DNA of 64,000 nucleotides from the human T2T-CHM13v2.0 reference genome, Homo sapiens: NCBI RefSeq assembly GCF_009914755.1, contig NC_060947.1. One strand, given 5' to 3'. A program made the position numbers and the translations under genes. Positions 1 through 15,825 of this stretch are shown in pieces (positions within the stretch are counted from its first letter, which is position 1; each line of letters starts with the position of its first letter). Below the pieces are notes generated by a model that saw only the letters and a program-made list of their open reading frames with translations, was not told the origin of the DNA and did no database searches.

Positions 1-289
1 GGATGGCTGGGTCAAATGGTATTTCTAGGTCTAGATCCTTGAGGAATCGCCACACTGTCTTCCACAATGGTTGAACTAGTTTATAGTCCCACCAACAGTG
101 TAAAAGTGTTCCTATTTCTCCACATCCTCTCCAGCACCTGTTGTTTCCTGACTTTTTAAAGATTGCCATTCTAACTGGTGTGAGATGGTATCTCATTGTA
201 GTTTTGATTTGCATTTCTCTGATGGCCAGTGACGGTGAGCATTTTTTCATGTGTCTTTTGGCTGCATAAATGTCTTCTTTTGAGAAGTG
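1..289 (-). mobile_element. Young L1PA LINE-1, ORF2 3' region; 5'-truncated at 289, continues left of window
   Basis: GGATGGCTGGGTCAAATGGTATTTCTAG...GAGGAATCGCCACACTGTCTTCCACAATGGTTGAACTAG is the antisense of the L1PA ORF2 C-terminal region. Confidence 0.95.
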
Positions 290-1115
290 GAACAGACACT
301 TCTTAAAAGAAGATATATAAGTAGCCAACAAACATGAAAAAATCTCAACATCACTAATCATCAGAGCAATGCAAATAAACACCACAAGGAGATATATCTC
401 ACACCAGTCAGAATGGCTATTATTAAAAAGTAAAAAACAACAACAACAGATGTTAGTGAGGTTGCAGAGAAAAAGAAATGTTTATACACTGTTGGTGGGA
501 ATGTAAATTAATTAAACCACTGTAGAAAGCAGTCTGGAGATTTCTCAAAAACTTAAAGCAAAACTACCACCATTTGACCCTGCAATCCCATTACTGGATA
601 TATACCCAGAGGAAAATAAATGGTTCTACCAAAAAGACACATGCACTCATATGTTCATTGCAGCATCCATTCACAATAGCAAAGACATGCTATCAACCTA
701 GCTTCCCATCAGTGATGAACTGAATAAAGAAAATGTGGTACATATACACTATGGAATACTATGCAGCCATAAAAAGAATGAAATCATGTCCTTTGCAGCA
801 ACGTGGATGAAGGTGGAGGCAGGTATCCCAAGTGAGTTAATGCAGGAACAGAAAACTGAATATCACATATTCTCACTTATAAGTAGGAGCTAAATATTGA
901 GTAAACATGAACATAAATATGTGAACAATAGACACTGGGTACTATGGGGGAGAGAGTGGGAGAGGAGCAAGGGTTTAAAAACTATCTATTGGGTACTATG
1001 CTCACTACCTGGGTGACGGGATCATTTGTACACCAAACCTCAGTGACATGCAATTTACTCATGTGACAAACCTGCACATGTACCTCCTGAAACTAAAATA
1101 AAGGTTGAAAAAAAA
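290..1115 (+). mobile_element. Older L1 (L1PA16-like), end of ORF2 + 3'UTR + short A tail
   Basis: AACAGACACTTC..AAAAGAAGAT; GGGTACTATGCTCACTACCTGGGTGACGGGATC..CCAAACCTCAGTGAC; AATAAA then an A run at ~1097-1115. Confidence 0.9.
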
Positions 1116-4100
1116 GTAAAGAGGTAGCATTTGAATCTTATCCTGACAGATTTGTAGAATTATTTCAATAGGCATGCAGGAGGACATTCACAAGAGACAT
1201 ATTACCCAGTCCCCTTCCTAATTGTACCCTACCCTTACAGCCCATGTATGTTGGAGAGAGCTGACCCCATTCCAGGCTCCCGGGATGGCCTCAGTTGACT
1301 TAAACAGATTTGCATCTTTTGTTCCCTGGGCTGAGTTAGAAGAAAAGCCAGGGTAATTACTGGGTCAGAAATTTACGTGAGGTCTCTGAATCAGAGACCT
1401 GGACTGAAGGAGGATGGAGAGCGAGAAGTTGAAGTGATTGGGCAATGGAGCTGTAAGAGTGTTAGGGACTTGGGTTGAATAACAAATGTCCAGGATCCAT
1501 AGCTTAGGTCAGCAAAGCTGATTTGACTAACAGAGGGAAATTATTCCCATGATGTGTCTAGAACTCACTGCCTTTTTAACACACTGGCTCTGTTGCACCA
1601 AACCATTCAGCTTGATTTTCACTGGGCATCCCCCTGAATGCAGTGATTAATTCTTTAATTGTATCTTCATAAATTTCTCAGATCCGTTCACTTTTCTTTG
1701 CCCCCACTGCAGCTGTCCTGGTTTCCCCTTCATTATTTCTCACCCATATGACTGCAATCCCCTCTGAATTGGTCTCCCTGGCTCCCATCTGACTTCTTCC
1801 TATTCCAGAATGACGTTTTCAAGACAAAAACTGAATCATGATGATATTCTCAAGCCTTGTCTTTCATCACTCCTCAATCTCTATCTGTGTCCCACACATC
1901 TGAACATGTAATAGCTTCCTAAAAACAACAATGCTCTCTTCCTTTACACATGATGGTTCTTTGCCTGTAACAATTGTGGCCCCTTCCCTCTGTCCTCAGA
2001 TTATGCTTTAATTCTTCCCCAGAGTGTGACTCCCCCACTCCTCAATTCTCAACCCACAAGGACTCCAGGGAATTTTGCATTAGTCTCCTACTGTGACTAT
2101 GGGGGTGAGCACTGGGTAGTAGAATGTCAGCTGGCTTGGGTGTGGTGTTTAAGGAAATGTGGTGCAGAGCTGAGCCCCCTATTCTTGCTCCTGCCCCAAC
2201 TCTCATGAAGCTAATAGTGAGTGAAGCCAGGGCATTGAACAGGCTGACCAAAGCAGCCAGAAGTCAGGGTCTAGAGGAACACAGACTCTAGAGCAGTGTG
2301 GGGTTTTGAAACAAGACTGGTAGGGCAAAGAGTTGAAGGTCCTAGACTCTAATCCCTCATCTGTCCCTTGGTTTTTGTCTTGTCTAGCTAGTCTTCACCA
2401 CCCCCACCTCCTAAAGGTGGCTGATGAAAAATTATCTTGATGCTTAAGGAGACTGTTTTGCATTATTTTAAAGACACCTTATGAAATTTAACAAGAACTT
2501 CTAGGTTTTGAAAAAGTTTACATTTGAAAAATTTTCCAGCAATATTTGTCTCTAAATTAATTTTGTTCTATAGGTAGAGAAGGCTAATTAAATCATTCAT
2601 AAGAATGAGCATTTACAATAATTCCTCTCTTGCCTCATGCCCTGTGGAATTTTAACTAAATACCAGATAAATTAGTTCTGCCTCTGTGGCGTTTTCCATA
2701 ACTAATGTTTTACAACTGTTCAAAAACATAATCAGTCATTGTAGGACAGCAGTTTTTGCAGCTGCATTACAAAGAAAGTTGCATGGTCTAGATTTGTCAT
2801 GTTTACCAATCTTAATGTTATTGCTGTTAAACTCACATTAATAAAGATTAAATAAACTCAGTAATTCAACAACTGTTTATTGAGCCCTTAGTATAAACAA
2901 CACATTGTTTTAGGCACTGGGAGGTATACAAAGATGTAGAAGACCCATTCCAGCTTTCAGGGAGAGAATCTGGTAAGGAATATAAGACACATAGAGAAAA
3001 AGTAAAATAGAAGGAAAGATGTAATATGTGTCACTAAAGAGATGTAAAGTTCAATAGTCATTCCACTGGAATGATTGAAGAAAAATTGAGTCTTTGATTA
3101 TCTGTAGGGAGCAGAGATGGGGAGAGAGATAAATGTCTAGGGAGAGAGAATTCCATGAGTAAAATCTCAATGATAAGAAAGTATAGGGATTGCTCAGTGC
3201 AGTGATAAGCAAATATTTGGGAAATGTTGATTTTAACAGATTATCTAAGGCTTTTAAAACATGCCAGTGTAAGATGCTTACTTTTTTGACCAGTATTTCT
3301 TAAAATGGGATCTACAGATCTAGTCTACAAGATCCATGTCTTTTCTTTTAGATTATTTTTACAGCAACAAAGGGTTATTTCCAGCTCACATTACATCTAC
3401 ATTTTGGGCCAGTTGTGGCTCTGCTTTACCCCAGGGCCCAAGCTTTTACAATGGCATCTATCTGGAACATTCCTGGTTGGCAGGGCAGAAGCAAAGACAA
3501 CTATGGGAAGCCATACAATGTCCTTTGAAGCTTTTATTCAGAAGTGATGCATTTCATTGGCCAAATAATGTCTATGAGAATTGAAGAATTTTTTGTTTTT
3601 ATCTAAATGACAGTCTAAAAAAAATAAATTCAATGTGTTCTGGATGACCCTTTAAACTGAGGACAGCCACAAGATTTCAGAGGCTGCACTGGCTTCAGTG
3701 ATTAGATGGCACAAAATAATACCAACTGAGTTGTTTTATTAGGACTCCCTAGGCAATTAGAGACAGTCGGAAAAAGTAAATGATCCTGATGTCTTTGCCC
3801 TAGTTGAAGCCAAATGACATCACCAGTGTACAGTGAAGATGTTCCAGGGCTTTGAATAAAGAAGTGGGAGGATTTAGTCATCACAGGTGCATTGCAATAT
3901 AGGTGTGCCAAAAATAACAGCAATAGCCACCATCACCACCAAACTTGGGCCATAACATTCAGTTCCATACTTAAGTTTAAGAGGATAATTTAGTGTAAGC
4001 CAGTTATTATCTGTTACATTAAATTATTGTAGTTTGACTTTTATTGATTTGGTGATTTTGTTTCATTTAATTAGTAAGTTACATCATCGGATCTACTTGG

Positions 4101-4169
4101 ATTTATGGGTAAGTTTTATTGAAATTGTAAGCAACAGATCATCCTAATTTTCCACAAAGTCTTATTCAA

Positions 4170-4890
4170 AGTCTTCTAGAAAAGTTAGCAATTGATATAC
4201 TTCCCAACTTATTCTATAAGCTTGTTACCAAAACCAGACAAGGACATTATAGCAAGAAATTACAGACCAATCTTATTACTGAATCTATGCAGACATCTTT
4301 AACAGACATTAGGAAACCCAATCCAGTCACGTATAAGAAAGGTAAAAATAGGATTTATCCCAGGAATGCAATGGGTAGCTCAGAAAGAGACCCATACATA
4401 TATGGAACTATAATTTATGCTGTGGATGTCCTTGCAGATGAGTGGGGAAAAAGAGGAATTCTTAAATAAATGGATATTAATGTATATGAATACATTAAAA
4501 AGTGAAATTGGATCCCCACCCTACACCATACACAGAATTCAAATCCAGGTGGATAAATGAGAAAAATGTAAAAAGCAAAAGCTAAAAACCTCTAACAGGA
4601 GATCTAGAAGAATATATTTCAGACCTAGGGGCATGGAAGGATTTCTTAAACAAGATAAAAAGTTTCAAACTACAAAAAAATTATAGATAAATTTGTCTAC
4701 ATTAAAATTAAGAACATCTGTTTATCAAATGACATCTGAAAAGCAAATGAAAAATAAGCTACATATTGTGAAAAGATATTTATAACACATAAAACTGACA
4801 GTATGTGAAGAACTCCTAAAATTAATAAGAAAAGGAGAGCAACCCATTAGGAAAATGGGCAAAAGACATTAGTTAGCATTTTATTAAAAA
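4170..4890 (+). mobile_element. Ancient L1ME-type ORF2 fragments
   Basis: Degenerate L1 motifs CCAAAACCAGACAAGGACAT, CACCATACACAGAATT, AACCCATTAGGAAAATGGGCAAAAGACAT. Confidence 0.75.
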
Positions 4891-4919
4891 GAGAGAGAGA
4901 GAGAGACAAAGAGAGAGAG

Positions 4920-5368
4920 ACTATCTCAGGCTAGATTCTCTAGAAGCCTGAGACAGGGATTCTTGAGTGAGAGGGGAGTGCTGTAAGGAGAAACCTGTAA
5001 GGAAGTGAGAGAAGTAGGACAGAGCAGGAGAAGAAGCCAAACAAGAGATATGTTCTCAGTCTGATCCCATGGTATGGCACTACAGATTTATCTTAAACAA
5101 GATAAGTTTCAAACTACAAAAAAATTGTTGATAAATTTGTCCCACTAGAAGAGAAGGGACTGGGCCTTTTTATTCCTATATGGCCAGTCGTTGGCAGTGA
5201 GCTGCCCCAGGCTTCTTCAGGTGAGATGACTCACATTGGCCAAGAGCATTTCTCCAGAGAAGAGAGAAGCTATGAGCCACTAGCAGCCAATCTGGCCGCA
5301 TCTGAAGGAAAAATGCACTGGCCCAATAAAGGAGATCTGCTCAGGGCACCAATAGTGTCTGCTACACT
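4920..5368 (-). mobile_element. ERVL-type LTR (LTR33-like) inserted in old L1
   Basis: AGAAGCCTGAGACAGGGATTCTTGAGTG..GGAAGTGAG..GGCAGTGAGCTGCCCC..GAGCCACTAGCAGCCAA layout; L1 sequence resumes after it. Confidence 0.6.
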
Positions 5369-5430
5369 CACTCTTGTTAGTAGTCAGGGAAATGGAAATT
5401 GTGACCAAAATAAAAGATTAAAAACATTTT

Positions 5431-6068
<638 letters not shown>

Positions 6069-6069
6069 T

Positions 6070-6935
6070 GAAATAAGATTTTATACTCACTATATTTGTA
6101 ATAATGATGCAGTCTGACAATACCAAGTGCTGGAGAGGATTCGATTAATGGGAACTCATATGTTGTTGATAGATTGTAAGTTGTTGCAACCATTCTTGAA
6201 AAAATTTTGGCATTTATGCTGTAGAGTTAAGCATTTGCTTACCCTATGAGCTAGCAATTCTTCTTTTTTAAATACCCAAAGTAAAATTTTTCCTGTGTGT
6301 TCCAGGGAATATACACACATGGAAAAAACATAAAACAAAATCACTGAATGTTCCACAGAAGAATGTATCAAAATGTGCTGTATGTATAAAATTGAATATT
6401 ATACACAAATGAAAATAATATTCATTAAAATAGAATATTATACACAAATGAATGAACTATATCTCCAAGTGACAATATGAATTATTTTGGGGAACATAAT
6501 GTTAGTGAAAAATCTAGCTATAAACGTTTGTACTTTTTTTAGTAATAAACTTTTCCTATCACTAGAGTTTTGATTTTTCTTGAATTTAATATAAATGGAC
6601 TCATACAGTATTTAGCCCGTATTACTTTTTTAGTAATACACACTTTTATACTCAAAATAAGGAAGCTTAATAATATAGGGTTCAAGCACACATACATATT
6701 TGATAAAACTGTAAAAAGGAATAGAATGATGAACACAAAATCAAGATAGTAAGTACTTCTGTAGGGAGGTGGGAGACTTGGATAGGGAAGAACACGTAAG
6801 TAGGTACAAGTTATTTACAATGTTATAGTGCTTAGGTAAGGGTTTCATTGACTTTTATTACATTCCTTCCTTTTTTAAACTTAAGCATTTCATTTATCTT
6901 TTCACATGGATAAAATATTATATAAAATAAAAAGA
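6070..6935 (+). mobile_element. Ancient L1ME 3' end, continuing the 4170 element
   Basis: GACAATACCAAGTGCTGGAGAGGAT, ACCCTATGAGCTAGCAATTC, AACACAAAATCAAGATAGT, A-rich end. Confidence 0.7.
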
Positions 6936-7787
6936 AAAGCACAATATTTGAAATTAATAATTTACAAGTTGGAAGTAATTTTTTTCCAAGTGAGCCATTT
7001 GATGACAATTTTTATCTAGATTCCTTGAGTAACCCATCCTTTCCTCAAGCTCTTTATTCATAGTAACTCATGTGTCACATTCTTTTTCTTTGGAAAAAGT
7101 TCCAGAGTAAATATTTGATCATAGCTGCTTAGCAGTTTCTCCTCAAAAAGTGTTAGTCACCTGAAACTGCCACAAGATTTAAACAGCCCCAAACTGAAAA
7201 ATTTTCATCCAAGTAAACCGTATTGGAGTATGTCACTGTCATATAATAGTAGTTCATTTAAAAATATGACTTCATTTACTTTCTATTGGTCTGTCATGTT
7301 CTGTGAAGTATTGGTTCATGGGGCCTGGGAAGATTAAGAACCAGATAAAGGAAACTCTGAACTAAAGGATGACCTACACAGATCAAGTGATGGCTTGTGA
7401 AGAAAAACCATTATATTATCCTCCTTCCTCTTTCAGATATAGCTGCTCTTTTTCTCTCCAATTCGGACATTCTGGGAAATAACTTTTCAAGAAATACCTT
7501 CTGTTATGAAAATTTTGAGATGTTTCTGGGTTTTCCACTTAAACACTTAATCTGCTGATCTCTGCTAAAGAAAATGAAGCAACCTCGGGGATAACATCAC
7601 AAATAATAATGGCCTCTAACTTTAGCTGACTTACAATGCTCATATCAATCCGCCTACCCCACCTCTGCCCTTTTACTTTCAACAGGTGAAATGAATTGAC
7701 AATTTCAAGGAGAAGATAGATAGATGTTAGACATGAAGACCCACAGTTTTACACTCCATCTCTGTAAATTTAGGACTTTTCAGTTCT

Positions 7788-8074
7788 TTTTTTTTTTTTT
7801 TTTGAGACGGAGTCTCGCTCTGTCGCCCTGGCTGGAATGGATCTTGGCTCACTGCAACCTCCACCTCCTGGGTTCCAGCGATTTTTCCGCCTCAGCCTCC
7901 CCAGTAGCTGGGACTACAGATGAGTGTCACCACGCCTGGCTAATTTTTGTATTTTTAGTAGAGACGGGGTTTCACCATATTGGCCAGGCTGGTCTCAAAC
8001 CCCTGACCTCGTGATCCGCCCGCCTCGGCCTCCCAAAGTGCTGGGATTACAGGGTTGAGCCATTGCGCCCGGCC
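7788..8074 (-). mobile_element. Alu (AluS)
   Basis: Poly-T then GAGACGGAGTCTCGCTCTGTCGCC..CCGGCC; TSD GACTTTTCAGTTCT at 7774 and 8077. Confidence 0.95.
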
Positions 8075-9316
8075 CTGACTTTTCAGTTCTTATTTTACTT
8101 TAGCTGTCTGTAGCACTGACCATGCTGGGCAGGTAACTTAAATAAGAGCAGTGAACAAGGGTAAGATACTAGGGAGGGTGGGGACTGGCTAAACTGAAGA
8201 GCTGATTTTTGCTGTGTGAGAATGTGAATTGAGGTCTTCCGAGTTTTCAAGAGAATCTGGATCTATGGATGTTAACCAGGTATTGAAGCCCAGAAACATC
8301 TATTCCTTGTGACTTCCCCATATGATGAAAACTTCGTCTCTTTCTCCATGCTGTATTCTGGTTTCTTAAAAGAATCTATTGCTACTTGGGCCACAATTGG
8401 ACTACAATATATCCCCCCACCTCACCTGCTGTAATCTTTGTTGGAATAGTGGAGGTGGGGGTGGCCCTTTTGTGAGTTAGAAACCAGATGCATTTTCTTG
8501 TAGGAAATAGGACGCTTAGTACAATTTTTCAGGTACATTATGGGTTAAATAGACCAACAGCTCGGGTTGGCTTGGGAATCTAAATAACCTTTTATGACAC
8601 TGCTTCTAAAGAAATATGCACACAGTGTTCCAAATAATGGACTTAAAACATGATTTTAAAAACACAGTCAGTGCCTGAGTTGGGAACTGCTTGTTTTGGA
8701 AGCTAGAGATGTAGTTGTTTTTAAAAAGTGACTTTTCCTCTTCTTTCCTTAAGTCAGCCATACTTTTCTGAATCTTGCTTTGTGTGTTTTACTACATCAA
8801 TTAAAATAGTTTTCTTTGATATTATACTAGAACATCTGTTCATCCATCCATCAATATGTCCAATTGCTCCTTTGGATAATATGCTCATTTTTGATGTGGT
8901 ATTGATATAGAACTTTTAAAGCATCTCTACTTTTGAACTGTCCTCCTACTTGCAAATAACTTTTCTCTTTGCATTAATTGTGTACAGTTTTAATGTATGA
9001 AAGTCAAATGGAAAGTTCCAATGGTCTATAAGCTTCTCTACTGGACTGTAAGATTCTCCAGAATGGGACTAAGTCTTATTCTTTTTCGTATAACCTTTGC
9101 TTATCATAGGTCCTGGATGGTAAGTGCTGAAGAAACCTTTCTTGCAATGAACTGAAATACTATAGTAGTTCTGCTCCATTTTGAAATATGTTAGCATGAC
9201 AACTGGCAATGAGGAAACTACCTCATTATAACTTTCTTGACTATTGAGATTAAACAGGTTAAAAATCTCAGTTATGTTATAGTATTTTCAGGAATAAGGA
9301 AATTATTTTATATCCT

Positions 9317-9886
<570 letters not shown>

Positions 9887-9929
9887 CTCTAAACATTCTT
9901 GAGTACTGTTTTGCCATTTGTATATGCAG

Positions 9930-10708
9930 ATGATGGTTTTGTTCTGACAGCAATTATCTGACACCAACTGGTTGTCCTGCTATTCAATTCAATTGTGACA
10001 TTAACTACTCAGGAGTTAGTGCAGACCCCACAGGTTAAGGGTTTCTGTCTCACAAGGTGTCCCCTGCTTCAGATGCCAGTCACAAGTTCTGGGTGTTCCC
10101 AAGCCACCTGCACTTCTGCCCAGCTGGCTACATATTTGGGGGTTCTGATGACCACTCATCCTTTCAGGTTCACTAATTCATTGGAATGACTCAGAACTCA
10201 CTGAAAGTGCTATACTTATGATTATAGTTTTATTATAAAAGATACAACACAGGGACAGTCAAATGGAAGAGATGAATAGGGCAAGGTCTGGGTGGGAAAT
10301 GTGTGTGGTGGGAGGCACAGAGCTTTTATGAACTGTCCTCATGAAATCAGGGCACACCACCTTCCAAGAACATCAGTGTGTTAACCAACTAGAAGCTCTA
10401 CTGAGACTCAAGGTCCAGTGATTTTACTGAGCTTTCATTACATAGAATGAATGATTAAATCACTGGCCACATGATTGAACCCAATCTCCAGTTCCCTTCC
10501 CCTTTCTTGGGGCTGTCTTTCTGATGACCAGCTCTTGTCCTGAAGCTATCTAGGGAAGCCACCATAAGTCACTTCATTAGCATAAACTCAGATGTGAAGG
10601 AAAGGGACTTGTTATAAATAAAGACACTCTTATGGGGAATTCCAAGAGTTTTGAAACTCTGTGCCAGGAACAGTGGACAAAGACCAGATATATTCTTTAT
10701 TATATCAC
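9930..10708 (-). mobile_element. MER21C-like LTR
   Basis: Reverse strand starts GTGATATAATAAAGAATATATCTGGTCTTTGTCC..TTCCTGGCACAGAG..GAGTTTATGCTAATGA; 3' part AATTGAAT..GGACAACCAGTTGGTGTCAGA. Confidence 0.8.
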
Positions 10709-10735
10709 GATGGTAAATGACAAAGATCAACCTTT

Positions 10736-11006
10736 TATTTTTAGTAGAGATGGAGTTTCGCCATGTTGCCCAGGCTGGTCTCAAACACCTGAGCTCAAGC
10801 GATCTGCCTGCCTCGGCCTCCCACAGTGCTGGGATTACAGGTGTGACCCACTGCTCCCAGCTCTAAACATTCTTGAGTACTGTTTTGCCGTTTGTATATG
10901 TAGATGATGGTTTTGTTCTGACAGCAATTATCTGACACCAACTGGTTGTCCTGCAATTTAATTCAATTGTGTCATTAACTACTTGGGAGTTAGTGCAGAC
11001 CCCACA
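10736..11006 (+). repeat. Local direct duplicate of 9763-10032 (half Alu + spacer + MER21 end)
   Basis: Both copies share the non-repeat junction CTCTAAACATTCTTGAGTACTGTTTTGCC and end at GCAGACCCCACA. Confidence 0.95.
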
Positions 11007-11731
11007 AACATTTGTTGTTTGAGCTTATTGACCAAAGAGTCTCTGGACTGAGGCTTGCCCATGAGACCTTTCCTCCCAAGCTCTAACATTTTCTTCTTCA
11101 TCCTGGATCTTAGTTTCTCACCCCTATTGCAGCTTCAACATGCACTTGCTTTCAAGTCAGAAGGAAAGGTCACACACATTTGACTGACCAATAGCCTGTT
11201 TACCTACTTTAACTTCAGTATTGGTTTGTATCATTTTGTGTCCAGAATTCTACTATGTTGGTAATTTACTTTATAGAAAATGACTCAAATACCTCAAAAT
11301 AGACACATACACTCATAAGCATGACACATAGATGGAAGAAATGATGTGAGTATGCTGCTACTTGGAAATATGTATACAAAATAATGTTAAGTGAAAAAAG
11401 GACAAGGTATAGGAAGTATACACTGGCCAACTAAGAAAAAATATATTGCTGTATATTGATAAAAATTGAGAGAGGATTTAGAGTAACATCAATATTGGTT
11501 ATTTAAGCATATGAAAGCCTTTTTTTGTAATCCTGTTTAAGTGTTGTGCCAATTTACCTTTTAAGCTCACTCCTTCAATTTACCTCTGGAGAAAGGAGGA
11601 CTTATTGTTTGGATGTCTACATACTAGAAATAAAGAGTAGGAAGACATCAGCAATTGATGTGGTTCTAGAAACCAGTCTTTCTCCCTCAGTTCTGTGCAT
11701 CATCTTTGCTTCACACAAGGATCTGCCCTGA

Positions 11732-12087
<356 letters not shown>

Positions 12088-12901
12088 TTACTGTCTGCTT
12101 CTTATAATCCTGTGAGGCACTCAGGATTATAAGTAACTCCAAGTTACTTTATGGAGTGAGGTGCTCTGATTTTCTTGGGAAATGTTAACTTGAAGGCTAG
12201 GGGTCTTGAGGGTACTGACTAATCTTGGGCCCTCTGCCTAGTTCTGCCCAACTCATGCTACCAATAAATGACATAGTACATGGCTACCTTGACTCACCTC
12301 TTCTGTGAAGCCATAGGCCATGTGGTTTCCTCAGAAGTTAAGGCAAGCACATTTAGCCTATAAAAGTGTATATGTTTCTTTAAGTAGTAAATGAGCCTCC
12401 AGGTGTTTGAAGTTCAAGTAATATAAAGAAGATATTTGGGAAAGACTTGCCCTTAGGCCATTGAATCACCAATTGGCTCCCTATACCATAAATGAGTAAA
12501 AAATCAGTAAAAAATCAGGTTTTAATGACAGAGCCACACTACTTCATCAGATCCTCCTTGGGACAAGATGTTAAGGTGGGAGATGGGAAGAAAGACCTGG
12601 GTCAGACAGATAAAGATAGGAATGTCAGTAGAGTAGCTTCTAGCTTCTCTCTGTGCAAAGAAACTAGCTTTCCTGAAAGTGAAATCTATGATTTATAGTT
12701 TGTGAGCCTTGTATTGTAACTAAACCAAGTGTCTCTCACTGAACATATTCCTACACCTTTAAAATTTCCCAGAGTGTGAAAAAGGTCTGTGCTTCCATCT
12801 TATGGCTCTACTGTATTATGGCTCCAAGGATGTCCTGGTGTCAAGGGGCTGGAAGACAGTGTCAAGAGAAAGCATGGAGGATCAACCATGTAACCACCAG
12901 A

Positions 12902-13330
12902 CTTAGTCCATTTGTGTTGTTACAAAGGAATACTTGAGACTGGATAATTTATTTAAAAAAAAAAGAGGTTTATTTGGCTCATTGTTCTGCAGGCTGTACA
13001 AGAAGCATGGCTCTGATATCTGTATCTGGTGAGGGCTTCAGTCTGCTTTCGATCATGGCAGAAGGGGAGGCAGAACCAACATGTGCGGAGATCACATGGC
13101 AAGAGAGGAGGGAAGAGGTGGGGAGGTGCCAACCTCTTTATAACAACCAACTCTCTGGGGGAACTAATAAAATGAGAACTCACTGAGTACGTTGAGGACA
13201 GCACCAAGCCCTTCATGAGGGATCCACCTCCATCACCCAAACACCTTCCATTAATTAGGCCCCACCTCCAACATTTGGGATCAAATTTCAACATGAGATT
13301 TGGAGGGGACAAACAAACCAAACTACAGCA
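12902..13330 (-). mobile_element. MaLR solo LTR (MSTB-like)
   Basis: TTAGTCCATTTGTGTTG..AAGGAATACTTGAGACTGG..CAGGCTGTACAAGAAGCATGG..CAACATGAGATTTGGAGGGGACAAA. Confidence 0.85.
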
Positions 13331-15087
13331 CCACCTTAATTTGGAAGTAATGAGCATCAGTTCCACTGAATTCCATTGGCAAGAATTAATCACATAATCT
13401 CAAATAGTTGCAGGATAGGGGCAGGAGGAGCTGGTGAGTGTAGTCTGTCTGGATAGCCACGCTCAAGCCCCAACTCCATACCAGAGAAGGGTGTATTTTT
13501 ATTGGTCAGTTAGCTGTCTCTATTACACTCTCCTAACTTGTTTTCTGGTCTGCTCTATCTCCTTGATTAAATCTAGCCTACACATTGATAATGAATTAAG
13601 TAGCTCTAATTATAACAGTTAAATTGCTCAAAGATTCTGTGACATTCCACCGTCTGCCAAATTAAGTACCAGCTCCTCACTCTGGTATTCAACCCCCAAA
13701 GAACATAGTCCCAAGCTAATAACTTGGCTTCATCCTCCAATATTTCTCTAACTTTTAAAAATGTCTCAGCTAAAATGGACCACTTGCTGTTTTTCAAACA
13801 CAAGATCTTTGATTCATCCTCTGTTCCCATCTGGTACCTCTTTACCTCACCATTCTTCCTCTCATGGGTGGTATGCATTTTAAATAAATTCAGAATATTA
13901 CTTATTTTATGCCTTTGTGAGTGCTTGATTGAGGGAAGCCACCAAATTCTAAACTGTCAGGGTCAAAAATTGTGTCCCTGTTTAACATTACAACACTTGG
14001 CAGCAGCGGGAGGCTCGGCCCACCAGCCCAGGGAGCTGGGTCCTTTCACTGACATGTTACAATTAACACCCATGGAGACAGTCCCTTACATACAATCTAC
14101 TGTGCATAACTACTAGTTGAAAATGTCACCGTGAAGTCATTTCCTAGGGTACACTGCCTACCATCTAGACCTCAAAATTTTACCTTCTTTATAAAGCAAA
14201 ATCTAGGACATTTCCTGAGGAGTACAAGGACTCATCAGCGTATAAGAGAAAACAAACTTAAAGCAAGAGGCCTTATACAGAATACAAAAGACAATGAGGA
14301 GAGTGGTGCAACAAAGAAGGAGAAAATTATATGAGAGCTTCTAAAAAGAGCTCTTTAAACTTATTAACCTAAGGTTCCCAGTACCAAAAAGCTAATCTAG
14401 CTGCTGACACTTCGTTACCTTCCTGTTTAGTAACTCAGTTTACCAGGTTTTCCTGATGTTTCTGGTTTTTGAAAATTCTGTAGAATATTGCCTCCAGGCA
14501 TCCAATCAAACCCATCCATCTATGCAGACCAATTTTTGCTGTAGTCACCATTTCCTTCCACTGGAATTACCTCTCTACTTCTCTCTGAGTTTCTCAGTCT
14601 TCTTCTGAAGATGTAGACATTATGTCTATTAGCTGTCTTTTCAACATTTACTTTACTGCACCCTGAATTCATTTGGACTTGGCAGGCTCAGAGTACCTAC
14701 TCATTTTTGTAATAGGTAAGCTCCCCAGAAGTTTGCTTAATATTCATTTGTTAGGCTGAGATGAATGTTAAAAATGATGATATAAAAAAAGTTACATTCG
14801 TAGTCTTCAAGATACGAAGTACCAGAACTGATATCCAGGTTCTCTAAACTAAATTATTAAGTAGAAAAAATGCTTTGACAGTGTCCTTTTCCCATCACTT
14901 CTTTTAACTACCCATTTCTCCATCCATTTGTTCATCTATTTACTGTGTGCTTATTCTGTGTAACCATTGTACTAGGTGCTCCCGCAATAAGACAGGAAGT
15001 TTCTCACTCTGTACCTACTCTATTTTCCTTTGGCAAACTTCCTGATATTGTTTGAGCTGTTTTATTTTTAGGTTTGATCATCACTAG

Positions 15088-15602
<515 letters not shown>

Positions 15603-15825
15603 TGACTGAACTCCTTGTAGTTCCTTGAAATTCTCTCCTGCATGCCCCCACCCCAAGATTTTTCCTAATATGATCTTTTTTCCCTTGATGCCCTTTTACT
15701 GAACTCTCCTGTCAAAATCCTAATCGTCCTCAAAGGTGTTGTGCAAATGATGGAGTCTTAAAGTTTGGTTTTCAAATTTACACCAAATCCATTGATCCCT
15801 CTCTGTGAACACTGATAGGGTTTAG

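Noticed and set aside
6388-6453. 26-bp near-tandem repeat AAAAT(T/A)GAATATTATACACAAATGAA
   Set aside because: Two copies only; ordinary slippage duplication, not a CRISPR-like array.
7420-7690. Polypyrimidine-AG splice-acceptor-like sites (also ~60690) and donor-like GTGAG sites (~23204, ~36250)
   Set aside because: No paired sites bounding a convincing exon; cannot be supported without transcript data.
12953-13397. Overlapping 146/70/60-aa ORFs
   Set aside because: Lie within an MST LTR.
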